This document shows positions 38,166 through 51,447 of a DNA stretch of 64,000 nucleotides, piece after piece; the first letter of the stretch is position 1, and every line of letters starts with the position of its first letter. The DNA lies in the NCBI RefSeq assembly GCF_018977255.1, contig NW_024704743.1, positions 7,938,001-8,002,000 on the forward strand, in the 5' to 3' direction. The notes below the pieces were generated by a model. It saw only the letters and a list, made by a program, of their open reading frames with translations. It made no database searches and had not been told where the DNA came from. The position numbers were made by a program, and so were the translations under genes. This DNA comes from Callorhinchus milii (taxonomy: Eukaryota).

Positions 38166-40884
38166 AGGCGCTATATTAAATGCAAGGATTATTATATATT
38201 ATTATTATGTTATTCAGATGTAAGTCACAGACAAGGAGAGTTTAGTTGCTTTGTTCATCTGACATCCCAGGACTTGTTCAGGACCTGGTTTCAAAGCAAT
38301 TTTTAATTGACACAAACTATGACAAGATAAAGGGCCCTCTTTACAAATTACACTGAGAAAATTTGATGCTATCTTAAGAACAAACACAATATACCTTTCG
38401 CTATCTGGCATCCAAAAAGATTAGCTACCTTAATTTACATCAACCATTCATCAGGGTCCTGCTAAAAAGTGAGAGAGAGGGTGGGTGGGGAGTGGGCAAG
38501 TAGGGGGTAAGAGAGATAAAGAAAAGCAAGTATTTGTTTTATTCCATCCTGCCACACAGCCCACTCAAAGATAGTCATGTAAACAATGCAGAATACAGCC
38601 TGAAGGCAGAGGTGTGAAAGTAACTCTATTATAAATTCTAACAGTCAAATTCAATCAGATGATCTTTGAGGATATGATTACAGCCAGGCCACAGGTACAT
38701 TAAAGTTTCACCTTCTTAATTTGTTTAATAAAATTTGCACACAGTATCAACAAAAAGAACCCTGCTCTTCCAACCACTCTTCTTAAGAGTTAACATTTGA
38801 CAGGATAAAGGCAATAGCAATGCACCAGTATGTTTTAACATCAATTGTTCCGACAATTGTAACGTCCAGGGTTAATTGCAGTTGAGGTACAGATCAGCTA
38901 TGATCTAATAGAATGGCAGAACAGGCTGGCGGGGCTGAATGGCCTACTACTTGTTCCTATGTTCCCATTACTTTGTTCCTCCTCTATGCTACTCAACACG
39001 ACAAAATGACCCAAAAAGATTTCCAAGAAGAAGAGGAACGTGCTTGCGTGGGTCACCAAAATCTCCCAAAAGTGCTTAAGCAAGGGTTAAATACAAAGAA
39101 ATAAATCCAAGTTCAAGACTGCTATACAAATGTAATCTTGTTGTTGTTGTTGTAAAATAAAAGTCAGGCAGTGGAGATTAAGATAATTCATGCCTGAAGA
39201 TTGTAAATACTTCAGTTTTCTGGGAAAGTTGGATTTATGACATTACTTTACGAGCAGCTTCTTACTCTACCGGCATTTAATTTCCATTGCACCAATTCAG
39301 GTATTAACAACCCAAAAACAAACAACTGTCTCACTACGTTTTAAAGGAGCCTCGGTGGGCGGCAGCGCAACAGCGTCTGTAAACTTTCCTTGTGCCAATC
39401 AACACTTGATATTTTGACTCACTTTGTGACAAAAAACATTATTAAGCACTGTGAGATGTCCTACCAACATGAAAGGCGCTATATAAATTGTATTATCTCA
39501 TACTGTTGCCAAATCATTGCATCACTTTGGGGACTGCAATATTGAAATAAACGATTTCCTCTCCCAAATGGAGATCACCATTTCCAAATTAAAGCTTTGG
39601 ATCCTTCGGGAACCCAAATGTAGGGATGAATAAACGGAAAGCCAGTAAAGTTCTCAGTCATTATTGAGACTGCCCTGGTCAAAGTCACCAACGACCTGTA
39701 ACCATGTCCTCCTCGACCTTTCCAATCTCTTCAACACTGTCACTGTCAGTATGCACTATCTCTCCTCCCTGCTTCACCTCCATGCTTCTATCCTTTCCTG
39801 CTTTCGTTCTTACCTATCCCAGGGTCTTCATCTCATCTCCTCTAATGTGCCAATTCAGGCATTAACAACCCAGAAAAACAAACACAACTCCTCCAGCGCC
39901 TTGGGATGTCCTCCCGACGTGAAAGGCGCTATACAAATGTAATCTTGTTGTTGTTGTATCGGCCTCTCCTCCCGTCCCCACACAATCTCATGTGACGCCT
40001 CTCAGGGCTCCCAGTCAATTGTGTGAACTGCTTTGAGATGTCGTCCTCACATGAAAGTCTGTTTAAACGCAAGTTGTTGTTGACATAGTAAAGTTTGCTT
40101 AGAATACATCACATTAAGCTGAAAACTGGGTGCCGAGGTGGTTCTTTCAGCTCTGCTGCCCCAGGACAACCAGATTGACTGACTGTCAAGCCCAAAATTG
40201 ACTGAATAAATAAAAGTCTCATCAAATGTAAACGTCCTAAGTGAAATTAAGTCTATAAAATCTATAAAACCAAAATAGCAATAGCTCAGCAATGACAGTT
40301 AGTGAGAGGTCACAGGGATAACTGGTTTGGAAAATAGCATACAGTACTCCTCAGAAGTTACATACAATCTGTACAACTACAGAACAGACCATTCAACCCA
40401 ACTGGATGTTTATATTTCCCATCTTAATCCCTTCTCCCTATGCTTCTCTCATACTCCTCTATTGCCTGCTACATTACGTATGCAAAACAGAGGCTTGCAT
40501 TGGCTGGAATCGAACCAGAGCCTCCATGAACTCTCCCACTGAACCAGCAATGAAACTCATTCAACCACCAACTTGGGCTGAGACGTATTATTGGGGTCCA
40601 ATAGGAGATGCTATACTCTGCTCCTGACATGTAATGTACCTGACCTGTGTTTCTGTGATCCCAAGCACTCTGACACCCTTCAGATCCGAAAACACACACA
40701 AACAAAAAAATAAGCTTTGCACCTGTTGATAAAGGGCACATCTATTTTCAGGAGAAAACAAGTTTCACAACGTTGATACGGTGATCAATATTTACTAGAG
40801 CTACGCACGTTATTGTGGTATCCTCAATGGTGGAATCATCATTATAAGTTTGTTCAGTGTACATTTGGCAATGCAAAGTGATGG

Positions 40885-41360
40885 GAGTTCCTGGTGCCAA
40901 ATCATGCAGAACTCCACAGTCTATTTTCTCTTCCACAGTGTTCCTCAACCTCTTCCTCGCCACTGGCTCTATATTCTTCAGACTGACTTTAAGATCATCA
41001 TCCTCACCTTCAAATGCCTCCAAAGTCTTGCCCCAATCCCTACCTCTACAATCTCCTGCGGTCCTCCTCCCTGCCCACTCCTTGTGCTCTACCAACTCAG
41101 GCTTACTTCATGTCTCTAGCACTACCAGCACTTTCAGTCACTTTGCCCCCGTACGCTTGAACTCTCACCCCAAATCCCCACGCCTCACTGCCTTCTCTCT
41201 GCTTTCAAAACTGGTCTTAAAATCCTTCTCTGAATGCACATTTTGTTCGGTTCCTACCTATTCACCCCATCTATCTCCCACCCTGTACATGCTCCCACTC
41301 CATCTCTGGAAAGTGCTTTGAAACATTCTCCAACATAAAAGGTGCTATATAAGTGCAGGT
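40885..41360 (+). mobile_element. Old L2 3' fragment
   Basis: QNST...HWL...DFKIIILTFKCL motif and a degenerate tail. Confidence 0.7.
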
Positions 41361-41969
41361 TGTACCTGCCAACAATTCCTCATCTCATCTGAGCAGTTAG
41401 GCGAGATACTAGCTGAGTCAAGTTCACTTGGCACAAGCAGGGTGGAAAAACACATTAAAACAATGGTGGGCAATTCAAACTCTCTCACACAGACCTTTTA
41501 GAAGTTGCCTACCAAATGGTAATAAAAAACTCACAAGCAGGTTATGAATCTAGCCTCTAGCAATTATTTATTTTTATATATTCATAAGTCCCATGTTGTG
41601 AATAATATAAAAATAATAAAGAGCCTTGCATTTGATATAGTGCCTTATGATGTCTTCGAGACGTCTCAAAACACTTCACAGAATATAAAGTGCAGTGACT
41701 GTGTATTTTGTGGGCGAAACGTAGCAGCCAATTGCACACAGCAGTGTCCAACAAACAGCCGTCGTTTGAATTACCAAATTATTATTATTATTATTTTTTG
41801 AAGCGAAAGCAATCCGCCAATTGACTAACAATCCGCATAGGATAATGTCTCAAAATACTTCAGAATGGCAAGGTTGAACAAGGAGCAAAGGAGGAGGAGG
41901 GGAGGTGACCATAGGTGCGTGCGGTTGAGGATGTAGATTTTAAAGTGGGATTGAAGGACTGATAAAGAT

Positions 41970-42296
41970 AATAATAATAATAATAATAATCCTTGCATTT
42001 GATATAGCGCTTTTCACGTCAGGAGGACGTCCCAAAGCGCTTCACAGAACACACTGTGAAGTGAATTGACTGTATATTTGTGGGCGAACGCGGCAGCCAA
42101 TTGCGCACAACAATGTCCCACAAACAGTCATGGATTGAAAATGACCAATTTGTCATTGTTTTTGGTTTTGGAGGGATTATTATTAGGCTCTGTGTGGAGT
42201 AAGGAAACTTGCCCAAGGTTTCGCCCTCTGCCTGGAATTGAACTCAGGTCTCTCGCTTGCAAAGCGAGTGCTCAACCACTGAGCTGCAGGACTCCA
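41970..42296 (-). mobile_element. tRNA-Ala-like SINE, young short subfamily, AAGAT TSD
   Basis: Near-identical to 24117-24450. AAGAT at 41965-41969 and 42298-42302. Confidence 0.9.
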
Positions 42297-43014
42297 CAAG
42301 ATGGGCCAAAGTGAAGAGATAAAGGCAGTGAGTTCCAGAGATTAGGGTAGTAATGAATGAAGGTTCGGCTACTGAAGGCGACGTGGAAGAGGTGGAGGAC
42401 GTGCAGCAAGCGTGTGTTAGCTGAGCAGTGGGAACAGATGAGGAATGCAATACAAGCAGGTCAGAGAGCTAAAGTCAGACTCTTTGTGGGACACTCTGTG
42501 CGCGATTGGTTGCACAAAATGTACAGCCAATTCACTTTGCAGTATATTCTGTGAAGCGCTTTGAGACCTTTCGAAGACAGGTTAAGGCACTATATCAAAT
42601 GCAAGGATTGTAAGGATTATAAATTAGAGAGGTATGTGGGGGTTTGTGTGCAACAGGCCAGATCACCTGCTCCTGTTTCTATAATACAGGTGATGTAACT
42701 GCAATAGTGCCAGCCAGCTGCCATTTACCTTTACAACACTGTAAGACATCCTCATCTCCCAAAGTTGGATGGCTTCATTGCCACAAGATGCTCAGCCAAT
42801 CTGCCTTGACAAGAACTGACAAGATGCATCAAAACCTCAGGTGAGTTTCACACAATCTTGGAACAAGCTCCCGACCACTACACCTGCAGTTGCTCATCAC
42901 CTCAGGACAACAGGGAGGATCCACCACAAACCCACTAAAGCTGTGTCTGAGCCCGGGCCTTCCGCTGGGCACCCCAGGTCCCTGTAGGCAGAGCAGCGGC
43001 GTCAAGCCGGGGTT

Positions 43015-43875
43015 GTGAGTGTCTGTGTTTATGTGTCGCTCTCTATGTCTGTGTTTATGTGTGTCTCTCTCTCTGTGTCTGTCTGTGTGTGTTTACGTCT
43101 CTTCTCTATATGTGTGTTTATGAGTACCTCTGTGTGAATGTGTATATGTGTGTCGCCTTTGTCCGTGTGTATGTGTCTCTGTGTCTATGAGTGTGTTTCT
43201 CTGTCTATGAGTGTGTGTGTCTCTGTGTCTGAGTGTGTGTGTGTCTCTGTGTCTATGAGTGTGTGTGTGTCTCTGTGTCTATGTGTGTGTCTCTGTGTCT
43301 ATGAGTGTGTGTGTGTCTCTGTGTCTGAGTGTGTCTCTGTTTCTATGAGTGTGTGTCTCTCTCTGTGACTCTGAATGTGTGTGTGTGTGTCTCTCTGTGT
43401 CTCTGAGTGTGTATGTCTGTGTCTCTGTGTTTGAGTGTGTGGGTGTCTGTGTGTGTCTCTGTGTTTGAGTGTGTGGATGTCTGTGTGTCTCTATGTTTGT
43501 GTGTGTGTCTCTGTGTTTGAGTGTGTGGGTGTCTATGTGTCTCTGTGTTTGAGTGTGTGGGTGTCTGTGTGTATGTGTGTGTCTCTGTGTCTGAGTGTGT
43601 CTCTGTGTCTGAGTGTGTCTCTCTCTGTCTCTGAATGTGTGTGTGTGTGTGTGTGTCACTCCGTGTCTCTGAGTGTGTAGGTCTGTGTCTCTGTGTTTGA
43701 GTGTGTGGGTGTCTGTGTGTGTCTCTGTGTTTGAGTGTGTGGGTGTCTGTGTGTCTCTATGTTTGTGTGTGGGTGTCTGTGTGTATGTGTGTGTCTCTGT
43801 GTTTGAGTGTGTGGGTGTCTGTGTGTGTGTCTCTGCGTGTGTGGTGTGTCTCTTTCTGGGTGTCTGTGTGCGGTG
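43015..43875. repeat. Complex (GT/CT)n repeat with higher-order ~30-34-bp units (GTGTCTCTGTGTTTGAGTGTGTGGGTGTCT)
   Basis: Read directly. It generates the C/V/S- and T/H/Q-rich ORFs in the track. Confidence 0.95.
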
Positions 43876-45064
43876 TAGGGCCTGAGAGGCAGGGGGTGGT
43901 GAGCTTCTGTAGCTTCACTGGTGTGTGCATGTGTGTTTGTTCCCCGAAAAAAAATGGCCCACCCAGTGTTTGTTAAAGAAGAAATTAATTTTAAAAATTG
44001 CAACAATCTAATTTGTGTTATTGCCTCATGTTTAGTTTTCATCAAACAATGAGAAAAATGTAGGTTGCCAGTAAACATACCTCAACAGCACCAACCAAAC
44101 CCTGCAATTTTCTGCAAAAGCTTCACATTTCCCCGCAATTTGGGGCAAAATTTCCACACTTTTCTTTTGGTCCAGCTCCCCCTCCACAGTGGGAATCATG
44201 ACCATATCCCACCTCGTTGTTGTGCACCCACCACTGCAGAGTTAACAGGTTGATCAAAATGAAAACGATCCATGCAAACACTTTGTTGCTGACAGCATCC
44301 AGGCCGATTAATCTCTTCCAAGGCTTCATGAATTTGTTTAGCATGAACCTTCACACAATGACATGTGTTCATAGCTTTGGTAATTTATCAGCATCTTCTT
44401 TTCTTTTAAACCTTTCACTCAGCAAGTAAGTTTCACTCGTCTGCAAAATATCCACAACCCATACACCTCGCGTTTTGTCCGTTGTTTTCGCTGCATTCGC
44501 TTGCACATCAGCGTTTAATAATACTTGTTATAGCACCTTTCATGTTGGGTGTCCATCTCCAAGCACTTGCTGTAATATGTAGTGACTGTGCATTTTGGAA
44601 GCAAATCTTGTATTGTAATGTTTGAATTAAATGTTTAAGAGCAGCTCACTTTACACCATACTGTGTGCCGAACCGCTAGATCCAGAATGACATTACCTCC
44701 AACTTCTCTGCGGCCTGTATTATAATTAGTGCTACTGACTTTCGGGGTTTCTTTTTTTTTTAGCAATTTTACAGCACTTATCAATCAGTTTGATCTGGGG
44801 ATTTTGTTAGTGTACTGAGTCGGGGCGCCTTCACACACAGAGCGGAGAGAGGTGCAGTGAATGCCTCTCTCCTCTCAAACATTTCACCAGATGTTCCCAT
44901 GCACACAGAGGAGAGGGACACATACACAGTCAGGACATCAGGACGCCACAGAGTTATGTCAGGACAGGTATTTCCGGTGTTTAAACCGAAAATCAGAATC
45001 CCCAACTATAATAAAGCTTAGTACTTATGGGCACGTCTGTCATATTTTCTACAAAGCTTTAAAA

Positions 45065-45410
45065 GAAGTTTGTACAGCATGGAAACAGGCCACTCAGCCC
45101 AACCGGTCCATGTTGATCTTTATACTCCACACTCATTCACCCGTTCCTTACTCCCTACCCTTCTGTTCCCCTCTCCCTCGTGTGAGGGTCAGGCTTCCTC
45201 TTGAATGCATCTTTACTATCTGAACCAACCACCACTTCATAAAGTGAGTTGCACAATCTCACTATCTTCTGTGTGAAGTAGTTCTTCTAAATTCTCTTTT
45301 TGATCCCCTAATTGCTATCTTGTATTTGTGCCCCCTGGTTACAGACTCCCCAACTAGTGGAAACAGCATATTTGTGCAAACTTATTGAATTATTTTATTA
45401 CTTTAAACAC
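45065..45410 (-). mobile_element. Old CR1 3' fragment
   Basis: ACAGCATGGAAACAGGCCACTCAGCCCAAC antisense CR1 end. Confidence 0.6.
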
Positions 45411-46504
45411 CTCCTAAGTTCTTTTATATATATATATATATATATGAACCTCAGCTATCACCTCCCCAGTTTCTCTAAGGATCCTTGGATGCAGTCCATC
45501 TAGGCCAGGTGCCTCGTCCTCTGAGCTTATATATTGTATTAAATACCTTCCTTCTCTCTATCTTAACTGTTCAGAATTTATACTTTGCCCCATCTGTTCT
45601 TACTATATTTTCAGTTGTGGAGGATCCTTAGGGAAATGAGGAGGAGATAGCTGAGGCTCTAGCTCTAGTATATATTTCAGAACTCTGTGGAGAGAGGATT
45701 AGCAATTGTAATTGTAACAAACATGAAAACAAAGCCATCCATCAATATGAAAGATGGCCTTTATACTATTTTGCTTATGAGAATTCTGGACTAGAAAAGA
45801 TGAAAGCAAATTCCTGCTTTTGTTGTAATATCGTACTCTTAGATATGCAAGGATACATCACTTTCTGAAGGAATGATCCAATGCAGTGCTGAATTGTCAG
45901 AAGCGGTGGTTTCACCCCACGAGACATTAAACCAAGGACCTGCCTGCCTGTTCAGGGGGATGCTAAAGATCTGACAATGTGGTTCAAAAAGAAAATGGGA
46001 GTTTCTCCAGTGCCCTGGCCATCAATCCTCTGATAAATTGTCCATGCAGGTCTGCTTGGAGCAGAGCTGGGATTACTCAAGCTCTTTTCACCTGAGATCC
46101 CCGTTGATAAGAGAAGGACACTTTCAGTCACAGGATATAAAGGTTGGTTTGGAAAGGCAAATGACCTGTACATAATGTTAGGTAAGTTGGCAGTGGCATT
46201 CAGAGCAGCACATTTCTTTTAAATCGTTGATGCTGTTATAGGAAAGGGAAGTTGTTACAGATGGACAATGAGAGTGCTCTTGTGAGGCTGGGGATGTGGC
46301 AGAGCTAAGTTATTCTCCATTCAACTCGCTCAGACTTGGATGCCGACACCAGGAACATAAAGTCATAAAATGTTCCATTCCCCAACACTGGCATATCTTA
46401 CCTTCATATCTACATATTACAGGAATTTTGTTTTGTAAAATGCAATTAAGTAAAGCTCTCCAGCCAACATTTTCATATTTCTCTGAAATAACACAGAAAA
46501 AAAT

Positions 46505-46812
46505 ATTTTTTTTGGTCAGCTAGGCATCTAACACATGTTGAAACCCATCACCATGCTTAAGAGCATCCAAACCAAACTGAGAATTCCATGCATCCCACCT
46601 ACACATGGAAATGAATTGTTGGAATGCAATGCGCACTCTCTCTCCTTGGAGGGATGCATCCTGCTTACCTAATTCCAGAAAGTATGAGGTGCAGGTGGGC
46701 AAGAGCCAAGGCTTGGGGATCCCAGAGTGTATATTGGGATACTGCTGGAATCTAACCAGTTAAAACTGCATAAGATTGCCATTAACATTGCTGTCCGGTA
46801 AGCTTTCCTGCT
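46505..46812 (-). mobile_element. Family X 3' half with A tail
   Basis: TTTTTTTTGGTCAGC...AAACCCATCACCATGCTTAAGAG, colinear with 22490-22800. Confidence 0.75.
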
Positions 46813-47765
46813 GCTACAAAATCCATTTGCACTTAAAAACATTCGCCTAACCCTCCCTACTCTGTGTTAATTTTTAACAAAGAGGACATGGGGGTATGTA
46901 TATTTGATGATCATTATTACAGCCTAAAGCTCCTTGTAAAAGTGCACAATAGGTTGTGCACGTCTCCTACAAAGCAAAGCGAATCCAACTGCTTCTAAAT
47001 GAAAAGCCGTAAGGAAGGTGCACGAGTCTGCGTCCCAGTGGTCCGGTTGCCATAGAACCTGACGCCAAATGAAAACAATTGTGACACAAGAAGACCCAAT
47101 TGTTTATTGAAGATCAGCCTGGTTCGGTCACTCACTGAAGCTGCTAAAAGTTGAAACTGAAGCAGCCTGTGTTATTCTTCTTCAGTCAACAGTCAACACA
47201 GAGCTGCACTATAGCTAATGAGAATGGGAAGGGGATGGGTCTGTTGGGATTATGCAATGTTGGTTTTAAAGAGATTTTATCAAACTGTGCTATGAACTCC
47301 TCCACTCCAACACATGCAAACACACATAGGAAGAACAGTCAGCCATGCAACCTCTCAGTCCTGTCCTAACATTTCATTGGGTCACAGCAGCTTTTTATAT
47401 TTTTAATTCCATTTCCCCATATTTATTAATACCCTTCATCCCAAGTAGTAGATCTCCCTTTGAAATATCTCAACTGATTGTGAATTGATGGCCTCCTGAG
47501 TAAACTGTTCCAGGTTCTCACAGCCTTTTGCTTGAATTGCTTTCAGGTTTCATTTAACATTATCTTACATCATGATAATCTGTTAGTTTAGGAAGAACTT
47601 TGTCACGTTAGAGGGTGGTGAGAATGGGTACTCACCGCTAGAAGTGATAGTTGGAAGCAAATAACATCAATATATTTAATAAGCTGTGGGGAATAGTATG
47701 TGTGGGGTATACATACCTGTGCGGACTGTTGGGCTAAATGGCCTATTTCCATGTCATATCACCCT

Positions 47766-48082
47766 ATAATAATAATAATCCTTGTATTTGATATAGCGCT
47801 TTTCACGTCAGGAGGACGTCCCAAAGCGCTTCACAGAACACACTGTAAAGTGAATTGACTGTACATTTGTGGGCGAACGCGGCAGCCAATTGCGCACAGC
47901 AATGTCCCACAAACAGTCGTAGATTGAATATGACCAATTTATTATTGTTTTGGTTTTGGAGGGATTATTATTAGGCTCTGTGTGGAGTAAGGAAACTTGC
48001 CCAAGGTTTTGCCCTGCCTGGAATTGAACTCAGGTCTCTCGCTTGCAAAGCGAGTGCTCTAACCACTGAGCTACACGACTCC
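47766..48082 (-). mobile_element. tRNA-Ala-like SINE, young short subfamily, inserted at a CR1 3' end
   Basis: Near-identical to the other short copies. A CR1 remnant lies at 47590-47765. Confidence 0.9.
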
Positions 48083-48445
48083 TAGACTGAGCTACAGGAC
48101 TATGCAACTCTATGGAGCTTAGGTCTAACCCTGAAACATATCTCCATGTTCCGGACTGGTTTACCACATGTTCCAGTCACTCCCTATCCATCAAGTCAAT
48201 TTCCTAGATTATTTCTGAGACAACTATTTAAACTTCTCACTTGTGATAGCAAAAGGTTTGTTTGTTGTTGTAGTTGTTGTGTGTTGGTTTAAAAATAAGC
48301 TTGAATAAAATGTATTACCAGTCACAACTCCTCCATGTGTGTTTGTTTACAAAGGAGTATCTCATTTTTCTGTCATGCCCTTTCACCAGGCCACAAACCT
48401 CCTGTACGTTACAATGAGACATCCAGCCGCCACACCCTCTTAAGA

Positions 48446-48490
48446 TAGGGTGACCATATTTGGTAAACCAAATCCGGGGACACGTATAAA
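48446..48490 (+). mobile_element. Possible hAT (Blackjack-type) terminal remnant
   Basis: TAGGGTGACCATATTT...CCGGGGACAC resembles Blackjack-type TIRs, recalled from memory. No partner TIR seen. Confidence 0.4.
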
Positions 48491-49479
48491 AAAAGATGAA
48501 ACTCACGAGAAAGGCGCTATACAAATGTAATTTTGTTGTTGTTGATGCTGGCAGCATCGGAGAAGGATTAATGGGTGTGTTTCTCTGATGAGTGTATCTG
48601 TTTTAGAATGTTATTGTTCTTAGGGCAATTTTGGCCTCATGAACACTTTAACTCATCACAGACATAACGGGTCCCCTATCTTTAGGTGGACGTCAGGAGT
48701 CAAGTTGAGAGACAGTAAATTGAGACGTTTCTCTCTTACAATTGCCACCATCATGCTCCTCTCAGTGATGCAATAAATGATAATAATCCTTGCATTTGGT
48801 ACAGCCCTTATCACGTTGTCGAGATATCTCAAAGAGCTTTACAGGATATCGGATGAAGTGGAGTAACTGCGTATTTCTAAGCAAGATCAATGCAACTGAG
48901 CACCCCTCCCTAAACCAGAGGTTAATTGCCCTGCCATCACTTGAGCTGGCCTCAGCTCACTCAGCACAGACCTGGCGAGAATCAAACCTGCGACTCAGTC
49001 CCACAACTACCCACACAGGAGGGAGCCAACTGCTCTCCCAGAATTAAATACTTTTCACTTTCCCTAAAGTGCTGCTTTATACTGCAGTGGAAGGAAGCGC
49101 TTTGTTTTGCTTGAATGCTGCATTTCAACTAATAAAAAGGTTCCATGTGAGGAAAGCGATGTTAGCCAAACAGCATACTGGAGTTGCCAAATACAGGTAC
49201 TTCTGTAATAAGATAATGGGCAAGTTTCTGACACTCACCAGGTTTCTGACACTAACTGGGTAATCTGACGAAACCCCATGCACCTGGAATTTTTTATTGG
49301 TACAAAGTGAAAAAATAAACTGGACGCAAAGCATCTTGAGTTGCTGGCCAGATTACTATATCTTCTTTATAGCTGTAATGAAAACAGAACCAGTAAAGTA
49401 ACAAAACTAAGACTTGGAGACTCCCTTTCCCAACTATTAGAATTGCAAGTGGGATAAAATCAATGGATTTCATCCAGTC

Positions 49480-49725
49480 TCTATCCTGTTTACCCAATTC
49501 CAGAGTGTTAGGCACAGGCCGGCAAGAGCCAAGACTCAGGGACTCCAGAATGTGCGTTGTGGCACTACTGGAGTCTAACCAGATAAAACCACAGAGCTTA
49601 CCAGTGAGAGTACTGCCTAGCAAACCCCTCACTGCTTGTCCAGCATGGATCATCCTACCCGTTATGGCTTTGACTTGCAGAGTTAACAGGAGCTGTGTGG
49701 GAAGCATCCCTGCTCCTAGTGACTG
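49480..49725 (-). mobile_element. Family X internal fragment
   Basis: Colinear with 22645-22890. Confidence 0.7.
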
Positions 49726-50894
49726 GTGTTAGCACCATGTGGGTGTTTAGCTCACATTAAGTTATATTTTGAACAGTTAGTAACAGTAAAAATGTCACTA
49801 GGAAGGCAGGAGCCAAGATGGAGGAGGTATCTTATAATAAACCACAGCCATAACTATTATCCCCTGCACCGTTTATAAAAGATGTGTCAGGTTCACACTC
49901 CAGGAGTCAGCTCCTAGAACCTGGGTTCTGGAGCAGAGTTTGAGCCCAAGCAGAGCATTGTGACACTCTCACTCTCACGTATTGCTAAAGATAGGTTTGA
50001 ATGAAAAGAAGGCCTTTTGGCCCATCTGATCTCATCTTTCCAGAATATCCAGCCTACAGTCTTCAAGCTTTTTTTAAACTGAGCCCAGTCTCCCAGCCTC
50101 ACCCTTCCTGGAAACCTGTTCCAGTCGTTAATTACCGTCTAGGTAAAGACAAACTTCCTAATATCTGTCCTGAAATTCCCCTTTGCAAATCTAAACTTAT
50201 GTCCTCTTGATTCATTGTCTTGGTACATCTCAAAGTATTGTTCTGGGTTTGCTTTTTCAATCCCATTTAAAATTTTATACAGCTCCATAAGGGCCCATGT
50301 GAGACTGAAGAGCTTGTCTTAACTATTTCGAAACAAACTTTTAATCAACCCTGGGCCACCGCTGTGCTACACTGCAACAGTGACCCACTCTGGGGGAAAG
50401 TAACAGAATCCTTTCGAATAGCACTCTGATCGCCACCACATATCCTCTCAGGCTGTCTCAGGAGCGACCTGTCACTTAGCCTAAAGTACCAGCTAACCTC
50501 ACAGACTGGGGAGTGAGTTCCGAGGCTGGGAAGGGAGAGAAAAGTCTGAATGTCAGCATTGCAGTAATAACCTGCAATTAACTTATGCAGTGCTTTTCTT
50601 GGAATGGGTAAATAAGAGATTTAAAGATGTTCAACACAGTTGAAAAGGTAAGTTTTTAAGAGGCTTCTGGAGAAGGTAGGAAAACAGCCAGACGGTGTGG
50701 TTTTCTAAGAGTTCCAGGGACAGGGACCATGGTGACTGAAGACTTGGTGAGAAATGGAGGTCACGTGTGAGCGACAGACAAGTCAGAAGGAAGGAGGGTA
50801 CGTAGATAGGGCAGCAGAATGGGTAGGACGGGCGAGAACTGGGACAAGGTCCTTAAACTCAATGCTTCCAGGTGCCTCTAGCATCTTGAGTAAG

Positions 50895-51078
50895 CGTTTC
50901 TCTTTGACCGTGCCTTCAGCTCCCCTCTCGACTCTCTACCTCCTCCTCGCTCCCTCCCTTCCCTCCCCTCACCCTGACCATTTCCCCCCTGCTCGGGTCC
51001 TGACCCAACTGTACAGCGCCTTGGGACGTCCTCCCGACGTGAAAGGCGCTCAATAAATGGAATCTTGTTGTTGTTGTT
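50895..51078 (+). mobile_element. Young L2 3'UTR + tail
   Basis: Near-identical to 7945-8132. Confidence 0.9.
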
Positions 51079-51232
51079 CATAATGGTTTATCTCCTTTGC
51101 ACTTAGGTCCACCTACATCCTGCCTTTTCTCTGCCCTCCGCCTCAATCCACACACGCCCTAGATTCTCTCTTACTCCCTCTCCCACAATCTCACCTTCAC
51201 ACATAGTAGGTCTGGCTTTACTAGGAACTCAC

Positions 51233-51447
51233 CCATGAGCCCCCAAACCCCACCAGCACTATTAGCTGCATTCAACCAGGCTTCTTTTCCCCGACCCTCA
51301 GCTACACCTCAAACTGGGCCTGGCTTAGCCCCCCCATTCCTCTCTGGACTCTGGACTTGGTTTGGCTCATCGCCACATCCCCAAGCAGTTGCTGATCCCG
51401 TCGACAAACACTGGTGCGTCCCTTTACCCGCAATCAGCAGCTGCAGA
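51233..51447 (-). other. Candidate exon: strong acceptor at 51448, donor either at 51427 (20-nt microexon) or at 51232 (ATG G|gtgagt)
   Basis: Long pyrimidine tract tttttttctttctcacccctgccctcctttttcag. Both donors can give the phase 1 that exon A needs. Confidence 0.35.

Noticed and set aside
38395..38460. Exon-like segment (tttttagcag acceptor, AAG|gtatat donor)
   Set aside because: It has stops in all three frames, and its internal ATG ends in phase 2, incompatible with exon A. It could only be a UTR exon, for which I have no support.
42901..42981. Possible 81-nt minus-strand exon (ctacag|...GAG|gtgatg)
   Set aside because: The pyrimidine tract and donor are weak, and the only frame compatible with exon A (phase 1) contains a stop.
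43138..44078. Cys/Val/Ser- and Thr/His-rich ORFs
   Set aside because: They are translations of the GT/CA repeat.
49220..49280. Hammerhead-like CTGACGA...GAAAC next to a GTTTCTGACACT direct repeat
   Set aside because: The core motifs overlap with no stem II, and I could not build the flanking helices.
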